A DNA stretch of 64,000 nt, taken from Pseudogymnoascus verrucosus. Lineage: Eukaryota. Each line of letters opens with the position of its first letter. Position 1 is the stretch's first letter. The stretch lies in the NCBI GenBank assembly GCA_001662655.1, contig KV460206.1; one strand, written 5' to 3'. The notes under the pieces are model-generated. The model was not told the DNA's origin. It saw nothing but the letters and a program-made list of their open reading frames with translations, and ran no database searches. Both the position numbers and the translations under genes were made by a program. Shown piece by piece: positions 48,134-58,655 of the stretch.

Positions 48134-50639
48134 GGTGAAGGCACGTGGTGGCTGGCGCGGCGGGGTGTCAGAGAAGGCGGTCTCAGTTCGCGTGGCCAGG
48201 GTAGCTTAAGGTAGCTTAGGGCAGGCAGAGGTATATGTATGCACGCAGGCAGGGAGGATGATGGAGCGTGGGATGAATTGCTAGACGGCAGAATGGGAAT
48301 TGGGGTTGAAGTCATGCGGCGTCTTATAGCCTTGAGTGGGTGGCAGGGTCATGGATCTAGGTACGATGGATATAGAGTTTGCATAGCCATAGGCTGCTAC
48401 AGTATGCGAGCTCTCGGAGGAGGTCCGCGAGTTGTGGAGCGGAAGGAGATAGATGAACGCTTCACCACCAGTCCCTTTAGAAGGCAATAACAAATGGCGG
48501 GGTGTGGAGTCCCGAGGATGGCCCGTTTGGGAGAATGTGCGCACCGTGTTTGGACTTTTTGGATTAAGGAAGCCGCGGGGTCTTGGGGATGAAACAGGCC
48601 GCCTTTGCTTTGTTTGCTGCCTCTAGTTCCCTTGCTTCCAATTCCAATATAAGCAATATCCTAGTGATGCGCCTAGGACCGAGTCAGGAAGTCGGAGGGA
48701 ACAAAAATGATGGTGTTGTGGAAGAAGTGGGACAGCGTAATGGAGCATGGTGGCTTCTTCTTCTTTTGGTGGAAGGGAGGGGTAGTTAGAGTGGAGATCG
48801 TTAGCCAGTCTTGGAGCAGGTATGGGGTACACAGCTATAGTGACACGGCAATATAGATGTTGAATGGTACTGCACTACAGTACAGTACGGTTATAGTGGT
48901 ACAGCGGTACAGCTGTCCATTGCCAATAGACACGGAAGGAAGGGATACTGAGCAATAGCACGAATATTACAGATTAACAAGCAATATCTTGCTGTACTCG
49001 TCCATCCAAGGAAAATCTCTCGCCGTGAGCGCCCCGGCCTATCTATACTTGGACAGGATATTGCACTCCTCGGCGTCAAGAGAGCGCAGTAACGTCCAGT
49101 AATAAAGAACGCAATTACTTTTGGCGGAGCTCTGGTGGTTTCTGCCGTGCAAGACACAGTACCTCATCTCGCCCGGTGAGGTGCCGCTGTGGAGGAAAGA
49201 ACGGAGGGAGATCATCGAGCCGCCGTCGTTCGGGGGACGACAGCCCTTTCGGCACGGATCCGCAGTCTCCGAGGCGCCTGTTGCGGCATGGCGCGTAAAT
49301 AAATGCACGGACCTGCTAGCGCACCCGTGGGTTTACCCCAGTCCATGCAGCTAATGGCGCTAGTGCCATAGTTGGCGCGCCACAACCACCACGAGAGATC
49401 CAATCGGGGAGATCGGACGAACTGCTGGTGGGGGGATGGCGAGGCTGGCACATAACATTTGGATATACAACATCAGCTCTGCGGAATGCCGGTTATCGAT
49501 AGAGAGCAACAGCAGAAGGCTGAAAGGGGGAACAGATCAGAATCGTGATGATCCTTCCGCACCACGGATATCATATCCCAAAAATCTAAAAAAAGGCTGT
49601 ACAAAACAACAATTACATCAACTGTAACTCAAGCAAAGGCGTTCAATCACCCAGCACTACAATCAGTATGCTAGATACTAATAAATGAAACTAAAGGGAT
49701 AAGTGCTATAAGTTTAAATTACTAGTATTACTTTTAAGCTATATCTAGCCTCTCTTCACTTTTGAGCGACATGGGTAATCCCGCTATCAAATATATGTCA
49801 AACTATTGATCGGCAGCACCCAACCACCACAGCTCGCTCACCCACTACTAACATTCTCACCATTTTCTTTCCTACCGCTAACTCATTCAGCTACCATCCG
49901 ACCGACCGTCCCCCCAACATTGCACGGCCAAGCATGTAACGTTGGATCCCTACTCTACTTTGCGCCTGGACTGCCCTCTCCCCCCCTCCCGTGGCGCAAT
50001 CCCCAGCGCCCTACTCGGATAGGTCCGAGTCACCCGCCGCCGATCGACGTTGCATCACGTGTGCGCATGAGTCCTACGGCCGTTCGGGGCCGGCGCGGAT
50101 GGGGTCCTGCCGTATAAATTTTTAGCATATGATAAGATGGCGTGAGCCGTAGGTGCGCTCCCTCCCTTTCCTTTCTTCAAAGATCTTCCGCAGATTTTTA
50201 TTACATCTATATTACCTGGCTAGACCCCAGCTATATGGGGAGGGGAGGAGAGGTAGATGGCTCCGAGATTCTCGATGTTTATCTGCTTTTCATCGGGGAG
50301 AGACCACTCCGTGATCTACTCCGTATCCAAGCTCAAACTCCGCACCGAGAATCGAGAGAAGCTTGCAAGAAGTGGCGGGAGGATAGCTACGGACGGCGCA
50401 TCTCCATATTAAGCCAGCTTCGCTGAGAATATGGAACGGAAAAATAGGTCGTTCGTGGTCCGCCTACTCTATTGCTGCAAACGTTGAAATTCCGTGGTTC
50501 ACTGGGTCAGAGTGCTGGCAGGCACAGTTGTCTTTTGGCTGATGTCCCAAGGCAGTAGGATAGAACTATACGGAGGTTATGTTCATAAGTTTTGTCAGTG
50601 GGGGCCACTATAAAAGCCACTCGCAGGGCTGCTTGCAAA

Positions 50640-52210
50640 TCGCTGGTGTATCTTCCCTTATATTTTATATGTGATCGATACATGAGTTTATACTCCTGTG
50701 CACAAATTCTGGGGTCCCATGCTCGCTGCACCGACAAAACTTGAACAATACCTCCGTATACAGTATGCAAGACGTCGAGATATGCATCCATGCACAGAGC
50801 ACATATGGAGTGTCTTGGAATTCTGTAGCAATCAAGCTACTATCTACGTATAGTCGCTTTATGAAGGAGAGCTAAGCAAGGAAACATGGTAGTAAGCCTG
50901 TGACAGGCCGTAAATGAGTGTGAATTTGATATAATGTTAACTATCCCCTTCATGGGGGTGCAGGCCACGTTCCCCTTAACAGTTGGAATGTCGCCAATCG
51001 CACCAAGTAGCAACCTAAAAAGCCATTTAGGTTAGCTTTTAGCAATCAATGCCATTAGGGAATAGGAGCAGAAGCACTAAGAGGCACCCTATGGAAGAAT
51101 GCATATATTGCCTTAGAGGGCTTCGTTCATATTAAGGTATCATAGACAAGACTTAATTGAAAATAGAAAGAGGATAATATACCTTGACACCAGGAGCTGG
51201 ACGGGTCGTCACTCGGGTTGCCTGTGCAACGGCGTTCCTATAGACCGTTAGATAGTTACTCATTGCCAATAGCTCAGAGGAAGAAATGAGGTAATGCACT
51301 GGGTGTTTGGTTCCATTGTTACGGTGGAAAGTATACAGTGATTGTGTTTGAATTGGTGTAGTTTTATATTGTTGATAACTCTTGCTGATGATGATGAAAA
51401 TAGGACGGGTGAAGCCTCATTCTTATACTCAAGTTGCCCTCGCCTGGACCCAAATGCATGTATCACTGCAACTTAGAATCTACCATGCTTCATTGCTGCT
51501 TCTGTGAGTTTGTAGACACAGGTGTTTCTTACTCTTGAACACAAACGCGTGTCCAACTCCAGCTTCAAGCTAGGTGTGGTTTATGACGGCTTGTATGGTT
51601 TTGTATGCCCCGATAACCACCATTAAAGCTAAACCACCAATACCAAGTTTTCATAACCCGCCGTGCCACGGTGCTTGCGCTACGGCCAGATACTTATGAC
51701 CACAGATAACACATTTGCCATACAATAAATGGCCAAATTCCAATATAATACAACAGGAAGAGTACGGGTGCTGACGATCTAATACGCAAGTGGAACTTGG
51801 AGTGGCTATGAGGCGCGAGTGAGAGGAATAGGACAGCGGTGTCATAGGTGCTGTACGATGAGGCACACTATCTCCCCGTTTCCCATAGATTGCTATTAAA
51901 TCGTACAGAACCGGCAACGATGGCTATTATGAGCCAAGATATAAGAAAAGCGCACGGTGGTGCAATTGTCTGCTTGGAACTACACGCCAGCACACCAGTG
52001 CACCATGGCCGTCGCAACGTTGGATCAAAGATTTTGCAAGAATCAAACGTTTTAAGGCCCATTGACCATCGTATTCAGCTATGCATTGATAGAAGGCTAC
52101 CTCACAAGAAACTGGTAAGAGCAAGTAGGAACCTCTTCCACTGTATCGACCTGGAGTTGCAAAGCAGGTACACGGAAGCTGTGGCACGGGAGCAAGTAGT
52201 TGGCCTATGA
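50640..52210 (+). pseudogene. Probable heavily decayed cytochrome P450
   Basis: Colinear remnants: YTPVHKFWGPMLAAPTKL at 50689 (like HPLAKFPGPKLAA), PVSHRLLLNRTEP (post-ExxR), KILQESNVLRPID (like PERW region) and QLCIDRRLPHKKL...NLFHCIDLEL (like CIGxNLAYxEL...LFRRFDLEL). Many stops and frameshifts lie between them. Confidence 0.45.
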
Positions 52211-52328
52211 TCGTCGCTAGGATCAAAGGCTTCGATCGACAACTTGCAACCCTCTTAACAGTACGGGCCGTCGTACACGCACCAGGTGACGACCTAAGAA
52301 CTGTTAGACCTGACGTTCAACAAGCTCC

Positions 52329-52547
52329 CACCCCGTACGAAAACTCATCTTTTCCCTGACTANNNNNNNNNNNNNNNNNNNNNNNNNNNNNNNNNNNNNN
52401 NNNNNNNNNNNNNNNNNNNNNNNNNNNNNNNNNNNNNNNNNNNNNNNNNNNNNNNNNNNNNNNNNNNNNNNNNNNNNNNNNNNNNNNNNNNNNNNNNNNN
52501 NNNNNNNNNNNNNTAGTCAGGGAAAAGATGAGTTTTTGTACGGGGTG
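52329..52547. mobile_element. 34-bp inverted repeats bracketing an assembly gap; candidate MITE/DNA-transposon termini
   Basis: 52329-52362 CACCCCGTACGAAAACTCATCTTTTCCCTGACTA versus 52514-52547, 33 of 34 positions complementary. No clear TSD. Confidence 0.55.
52363..52513. other. Assembly gap (151 N)
   Basis: Run of N. Confidence 1.
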
Positions 52548-53500
52548 CTAGTGTTTGGCTCCATTTTGTCTACCGAAAAGACGTAATAGTAACTGTTTGA
52601 ATTTGATATCCTCTCGGGTCGTTGATTGCTTTTTGCTAATGTTGATGTCCAGCAAAATGGTGGGGTAGGCAGATTTGGCTTTCATTCTTATAACCTGCCC
52701 AGCGCCACACGCGCTGACGATATGCACGCGTGCCGCATCTCAGCTTCGTTCGAAGAGCGCCACATCTCCTGTTCTGTCACCACACATACTCGTGCAGCCA
52801 AATGTTTTCCGAATGGGCTGTACTGAGCTACCAATCAAAGTTTCTAGATTTTCCGTATAAATTGTAGTATTGGTTAAACATCCCGATCATTGCTTCGTTC
52901 GAGCCCGTGAGCACTTTTGGGCCACACCATGGCCTGTCCTAATTATTGATAGGGTATTTTGTATCTTTCAAGCGTGAACAGCTATAGGACAGGTGGTTGT
53001 GAGCTGGCAGCAATCTAAAATATGGCTGCTGATCAGTAGTAAGAATTTGCTTAGACTAAGGAGCAAGTAGGTGAAGCTTGCCGTTTGACAATTCCAATCA
53101 GGGCAGAAAGAGACGACTTAAAACCTAATGGCATTGATGTAGTGCCTTGTATTTCTTCACATTTACTGAGACAGTATAGAGGTGTGGGAGATAAAGTGAC
53201 TGGTGGAACTTACGTATAAAAATACCATCGAGAAATATGAACCGGTGTTAATAATAAGATTGTTATTATTTGAAGATGTCATATCTACTCTTCTAAAAGA
53301 TTTGTGACCGATAAACAAATAAGAATTGTATAAGAAATATCTCGAATAATTAGTATAACCACACAACTTCCGCGTTTACAATTCCAGGGTCTTGACGTCT
53401 TGTGGGGTGAGGATGACCTCTATGTCCACACTTTTGAACATAAAACAAACTGCCCGCAAGGGCAATGTTTCCTCCACGACTACCATGATAAATCGAGAAA

Positions 53501-53836
53501 ATGAGCATCTTTTCCCCCCATGATAAATCTGGCAACACTTTTGCGCTGTCCCTCAATTTAGATTTGGAGCAGGGGCAACGGTATAATATCAACATTGGAA
53601 GGTTTCAAGCACGAGAACTTCCAACTCTAGCAGACAACGAGTGGAGATCGTTTCCAGCCCATCGGGGCAACCGACCTGCGTGGAATAGACGTCCTGCGAA
53701 GTTTAGCATCAAATGTCATGAATGGTCTGCTGCTCATACAAAGATTCTTGCTCGTTGGTTTGTCTTGGCTATAATGATACTTGCTCTGTATGGTTTCTGG
53801 CTCTACATGCATGGCGAATGGAGATGGCGGAAGTAG
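53501..53836 (+). CDS. Small hypothetical membrane protein with a single C-terminal TM helix, 111 aa
   Basis: Kozak-like GAAAATGA, DLEQG motif, and hydrophobic WFVLAIMILALYGFWLY followed by a short basic tail. Confidence 0.5.
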   Translation: MSIFSPHDKSGNTFALSLNLDLEQGQRYNINIGRFQARELPTLADNEWRSFPAHRGNRPAWNRRPAKFSIKCHEWSAAHTKILARWFVLAIMILALYGFWLYMHGEWRWRK

Positions 53837-53939
53837 TCAAAGAATATTCCAAGTTATACTTGACAAAGGCAGTAAAGAGTAGCCTCATCGAATTATTATA
53901 CAACTGGGCTAAGATACACACACAGAGCTGCAACCACAC

Positions 53940-55025
53940 TCATCCCGACAATGGAGTCAGTTCCCCACCTTCGCCCTTCCCCCACTTCTCAATATTCCGC
54001 ACAGCCTCTTCCGCCCAGGGTCTCAGTGTCCCCTCTTCAACATACCCCATATGTGGTGTGAGGACGACCCTGCTCCTCCCTTCCTTCCCCCACTTCTCAC
54101 TACGCCACTCGCTATCCTTCGGTAGCGGCTCAAGCTCAAACACATCCAACGCCGCTCCTCCGATCTTGCCTTCCTTCAAAACCTCCAGCAGCGCGTCCTG
54201 GTCAACAAGCGGACCACGCGAGGTATTAACCAGTAGCGCAGATGGCTTCAAAAGTGCGAGTTCCGCTCGTCCGACTACCCCGCGCGAACGCTCTGAGAGG
54301 ACATAATGCACACTAACCAGGTCCGCGCGGCGGAACAGTTCCTCCTTCGACACAACCTCGAACGTCTTTCCCCACGCACTCTCGACAGGCAGGCCTGCAG
54401 CAGCGGCTTTCTCATCCGCTACCTCCTGGGTCAGGCTGGAGCTCCAGGTTACCACGCGCATTCCGAATGCGCTGGACAGGATAGAAGCTACGGCAATACC
54501 CAGGCGGCCGAGGCCTACGATACCGACTGTTCTCCCTGTCAGAGGCAAGGCGAAAGTGCTCTGCCATGCGCCTGTCTTGACACTTAAGTCATCGGCGGGG
54601 ATGTTGCGCGCGAGAGCGAGGATGAGGGCGAGAGTGTGCTGCGTAGTACTATCCGGCCCTGGAGGCGCATCAGCGGGCTTTCCGCGAAACGACGTGCCTA
54701 CCACGGCGATACCGAGGCGGCGGGCAGCATCGAGGTCGATCGCGAGGTTGCGGGTGCCGGTGGTCTGGAGGAGCTTGAGGTTTGGGAGCTGCTCGAGCAG
54801 GGCGCCGGGGAAGGGGGTGCGTTCGCGGATTGTGGATATGATTTCGAAGGGGGCGAGGCGGGCGACGAGCTCGGCTTTGCTGGAGGTGGAGGTGGAGGGG
54901 TGGGCGTAGGAGGGGAGGGTGGAGGGGAAGTAGGATATTTCGAAGGCGGATGAGGGAAGTTTGGCTAGGTATTCGGATGAGATGTTGTGGTAGTCGTCTA
55001 GGACGGCGACTTTGATGGGTGCCAT
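53940..55025 (-). CDS. D-isomer-specific 2-hydroxyacid dehydrogenase; possible upstream in-frame ATG at 55148
   Basis: KVAVLDDY, RERTPF, GIVGLGRLG, VNTSRGPLVD, AALDVF and LTPHMGY. Confidence 0.92.
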   Translation of the reverse strand: MAPIKVAVLDDYHNISSEYLAKLPSSAFEISYFPSTLPSYAHPSTSTSSKAELVARLAPFEIISTIRERTPFPGALLEQLPNLKLLQTTGTRNLAIDLDAARRLGIAVVGTSFRGKPADAPPGPDSTTQHTLALILALARNIPADDLSVKTGAWQSTFALPLTGRTVGIVGLGRLGIAVASILSSAFGMRVVTWSSSLTQEVADEKAAAAGLPVESAWGKTFEVVSKEELFRRADLVSVHYVLSERSRGVVGRAELALLKPSALLVNTSRGPLVDQDALLEVLKEGKIGGAALDVFELEPLPKDSEWRSEKWGKEGRSRVVLTPHMGYVEEGTLRPWAEEAVRNIEKWGKGEGGELTPLSG

Positions 55026-55809
55026 TCTGGTTGAGTGGGTGAGCTGGTGACGGGGAGAGTTTTGCGGTGCGGGGCGAAGAAAATTAAAGTTGCGAATTAC
55101 AGATTTGGTTCTTCGTAGTTTGATAACAGTTGAGATTAACTGGGACATATATATCTAGATCTGAGTCCTCGATGTAATCAATGACGCCTTAGCAACCATT
55201 ATTGCGAGAACCAGATTGTTCATCGGCAGTCATGGCGGGGTAGTCAATCGCCATACGATATCGGATAACAATCGCGGCAAGGCCATCCCCACGTTTCTAA
55301 TTCTGGAATTGCCATATTCACACCTGAAAGCCGCAAGAACGCGATTGATCATATATCTTTCTCGTACACCATATAATGAGGCTGTATTCACCCCCTCGGG
55401 AGCACATCGTGAGTGGGGGTAGCACTGTCATCCCACGCAGAAAAAAGAGGGTTACACCAGCACCGATCCAAAAGACCATCGTGATGCTTATCTGCAGATA
55501 TGATTGGAGCCCATATTATTTTGGGACAACAAAAATGAAAGTGGAACAGAATTTCTATAATTTCCCGGCGTTCGGGCGGCTTTCGGGGAGTATTGCCCCG
55601 CAACAACGCCCCCGGTGGGGTGTTCTGGATGATTGTAATGCGTGGGCGGGCGGGGTTTATGGGGTCAATGGGGTACGGTACTGGGCTCTCCAAACTTTCC
55701 TCTCATATTTAGATGGAGTTGCCTCTCGAATTGTCGCGGGCTTCTGTTTTTTTTTCACATCTAACCTCACACATCACCGGAGAATATTATTAAAGGCCAG
55801 AGAGAAATA

Positions 55810-56979
55810 ATGTCTTCGACGGGGAATGCACCACAGGGGACGGAGATTAAGCAAACGCTGCCAAATATAGGAGTTTACACCAACCCAGAGCACAAGCTGT
55901 GGGTTGGAGAGGCTACGCCCTCGCTGGAATCCGTGCAGTCTGGGAGCGACCTGAAGGAAGGGGAGGTGACTATTGGGATTAAGAGCACAGGTATCTGCGG
56001 GTAAGTCAGGAAATCATCCGGGGCGCAACTACAGAAACTGACTTTCTCCAGCTCTGATGTGCACTTCTGGCACGCCGGGTGCATTGGTCCCATGATCGTT
56101 AAGGACACGCATATTTTAGGACACGAATCCGCTGGTGTTATTCTAGCAGTTCATCCATCCGTGGATAACCTGAAGGTTGGAGACCGCGTAGCTGTCGAGC
56201 CCAATGTTATTTGCGGAGAGTGCGAGCCCTGCCTCACTGGAAGATATAACGGTTGCGAGAAGGTCGAGTTCTTATCCACACCACCAGTAGCTGGCCTACT
56301 CCGACGATACGTCAACCATCCAGCAAAATGGTGCCACAAGATTGGAGATATGTCATATGAAGACGGCGCACTTCTGGAGCCGCTGAGCGTAGCTCTGGCT
56401 TGTATGGCGCGTGCTGGTGTTCAGCTCGGTGACCCAGTCCTGATCTGTGGTGCTGGTCCAATCGGTTTGATCACACTGCTGTGTGCTAGAGCCGCTGGAG
56501 CGGAACCAATTGTTATTACGGATATCGATGAGAGCCGCCTGAAGTTCGCAAAGGAGCTCGTTCCATCGGTGACCACGTTCAAGGTTGAGCGTGTGTCTGC
56601 TGAGGATTCGGCCAAGGCTATCGTAACTGCGTTCGGTGGTATTGAGCCCGCATATGCCTTGGAGTGCACAGGTGTCGAGAGCAGCATATCCGCAGCCATC
56701 TGGGCCGTGAAGTTCGGAGGAAAGGTCTTCGTGATTGGTGTTGGAAAGAACGAGATGAACATTCCGTTCATGAGATTAAGTACCCGGGAAGTCGACCTAC
56801 AGTTCCAATACCGGTACTGCAACACATGGCCGCGGGCCATTCGGTTGGTTCAAGCTGGCTTGATCGACATGAAGAAGCTTGTCACCCACCGTTATGCCCT
56901 CGAGGATGCAGTTAACGCGTTCGAGACTGCTGCAGACCCGAAGACTGGCGCTATCAAGGTTGTGATTCAGAGCGAGTGA
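55810..56979 (+). CDS. ladA: L-arabinitol 4-dehydrogenase; exons 55810-56000, 56052-56979
   Basis: [49 protein letters not shown] and [19 protein letters not shown]. Confidence 0.93.
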
Positions 56980-57306
56980 GTTGGACGGGCACAAGGATGT
57001 ATATGAGTAGATAAAGCCATGTTTATGATTATTCCATAGTAATTGCAAATAATGCCGAATGTACCACTTCAGAACATTTCCATGTTGAATTAAATATTTG
57101 AGGAGTGGAACTGGTGCGGTTTCCAATCTCGCTCATGAAATTCCGGATGACTAAGCCAAATCTTGGAAGCCGTAGAGCTCCGATCCATAGCGAAAACAAC
57201 CTGAAAATTGCTCTGCGACATCAACCCATCACTCAATTGCCCGCTCAGCACACCACGGGTACCCCGAGAGTCCATCCCCCGAATCTCCCGGCCATATCAG
57301 GATATA

Positions 57307-58061
57307 ATGTCGTTGTCAGCGTCTCGCGCCGTGCTCCGGCAATCGGCCAAGTTCACCGTCCGCAACGGTCGCCGATGCGAATCCACGACTGCTAAAGCCA
57401 CCGAGGCCGCAAAGGACACCGCGTCCAAGGCGACCGAGCAGGCACAGAACTTCCAGTCGAAGGCTTCTGAGGGTCTGTCGAGGGTCTCTGCCTCTGCTGG
57501 ACCGGCTATTAGCGGTGCCGTGAAGGGCCTGGGTAACACCCTCGGGAAGATTGGTGGCCGCACAGGAAGGCTTATTGCTTTCGTCGAGAGTATGTTTATC
57601 AGTCGAGGCAGTGTAGAAACTGCTGTTGATGGATTTTGATGGTTCAATGGCTGACAATGCACTTTTTAGGACAAATTCCTCCAACCATCTACTACGCCCG
57701 CGTCGGCCTGGAACTCTCCAAGCTCGTTTTCCAGGCGCAAAAGATGGCACCACCGTAAGTACTGTCCAATCCTTCGAATATGTCGCACGTAGAAAGAAAT
57801 AAAGGCAGTGAAACTAACAGGAGAGGTGACAGACCTCTCGCAACTTTCCAATCCGCCTTCCAGCAAGTCGTCAAGAACAGCAGAAACCCATCTGCGTTCT
57901 TCCCTAACGCGTCCGTGAACTCCGTCCGCAACATCAGCTGCGCCCAGATCGCCTCTGGAGCTGTCATCTTCGCTGAGGTCCTCGGCTTCTTCACCGTCGG
58001 AGAGATGATCGGCAGGATGAAGCTTATCGGATACAGGGGAGATACTGGTGCAAGCCATTAG
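57307..58061 (+). CDS. ATP20: Mitochondrial ATP synthase subunit g; exons 57307-57589, 57670-57754, 57833-58061
   Basis: Arg-rich presequence, IYYARVGLELSKLVF..KMAPP and AEVLGFFTVGEMIGRMKLIGY. Confidence 0.94.
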
Positions 58062-58655
58062 GAGGCTCTTGATATGTACTCTTGAGTCTGCGTTGGTTTG
58101 GGTGTTTAGAAGGCAGTGGTAGAGATGGAAGATGTCTGTTTTTACGTTGGAGAGGGGAGGGAAGAAAGGATGGAACGATAGATGGGAGACATCGGGCTCA
58201 GCATTGCACATACTCTGCGGCCATTTTTCTTGCGTCATTGTACACTAAAAGACAATTGAATTATCGTAATGCTATAGCCTCTAGATGTAGCCTTCTGGCG
58301 AATATAAATCGTAGCAAATTGCGAATATCGGACAGATGGAACTTGTGAACGCGTCTTGACCACGGAGAATTGGGTTTATTTACAGAAATAATAGAATTAA
58401 TACGAGTAGGAAATATTCATAGGCTCTACGGATTTATAGCCAGACCAGAAATTAGTTCATTAGGCTTAAACTACCTCGATTACGACGCGGCTGCCATTTT
58501 TATATTTTGCGTTTGAGGCACGAGGCCGAGTGTGTAGGCGAGGCTGACAGATAAAAAGCTTTGACCGAAAAAAGTTCCCAAACCTCACAGCTCTCACATA
58601 ACCCACCAAGGAACACCAGATTCGATATTCCAATCTACCGCTCAAGCTAGAAAGG

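Noticed and set aside
50208..50225. U1 snRNA-like ATATTACCTGG
   Set aside because: It does not match ATACTTACCTGG, and no U1 stem-loops or Sm site were recognised.
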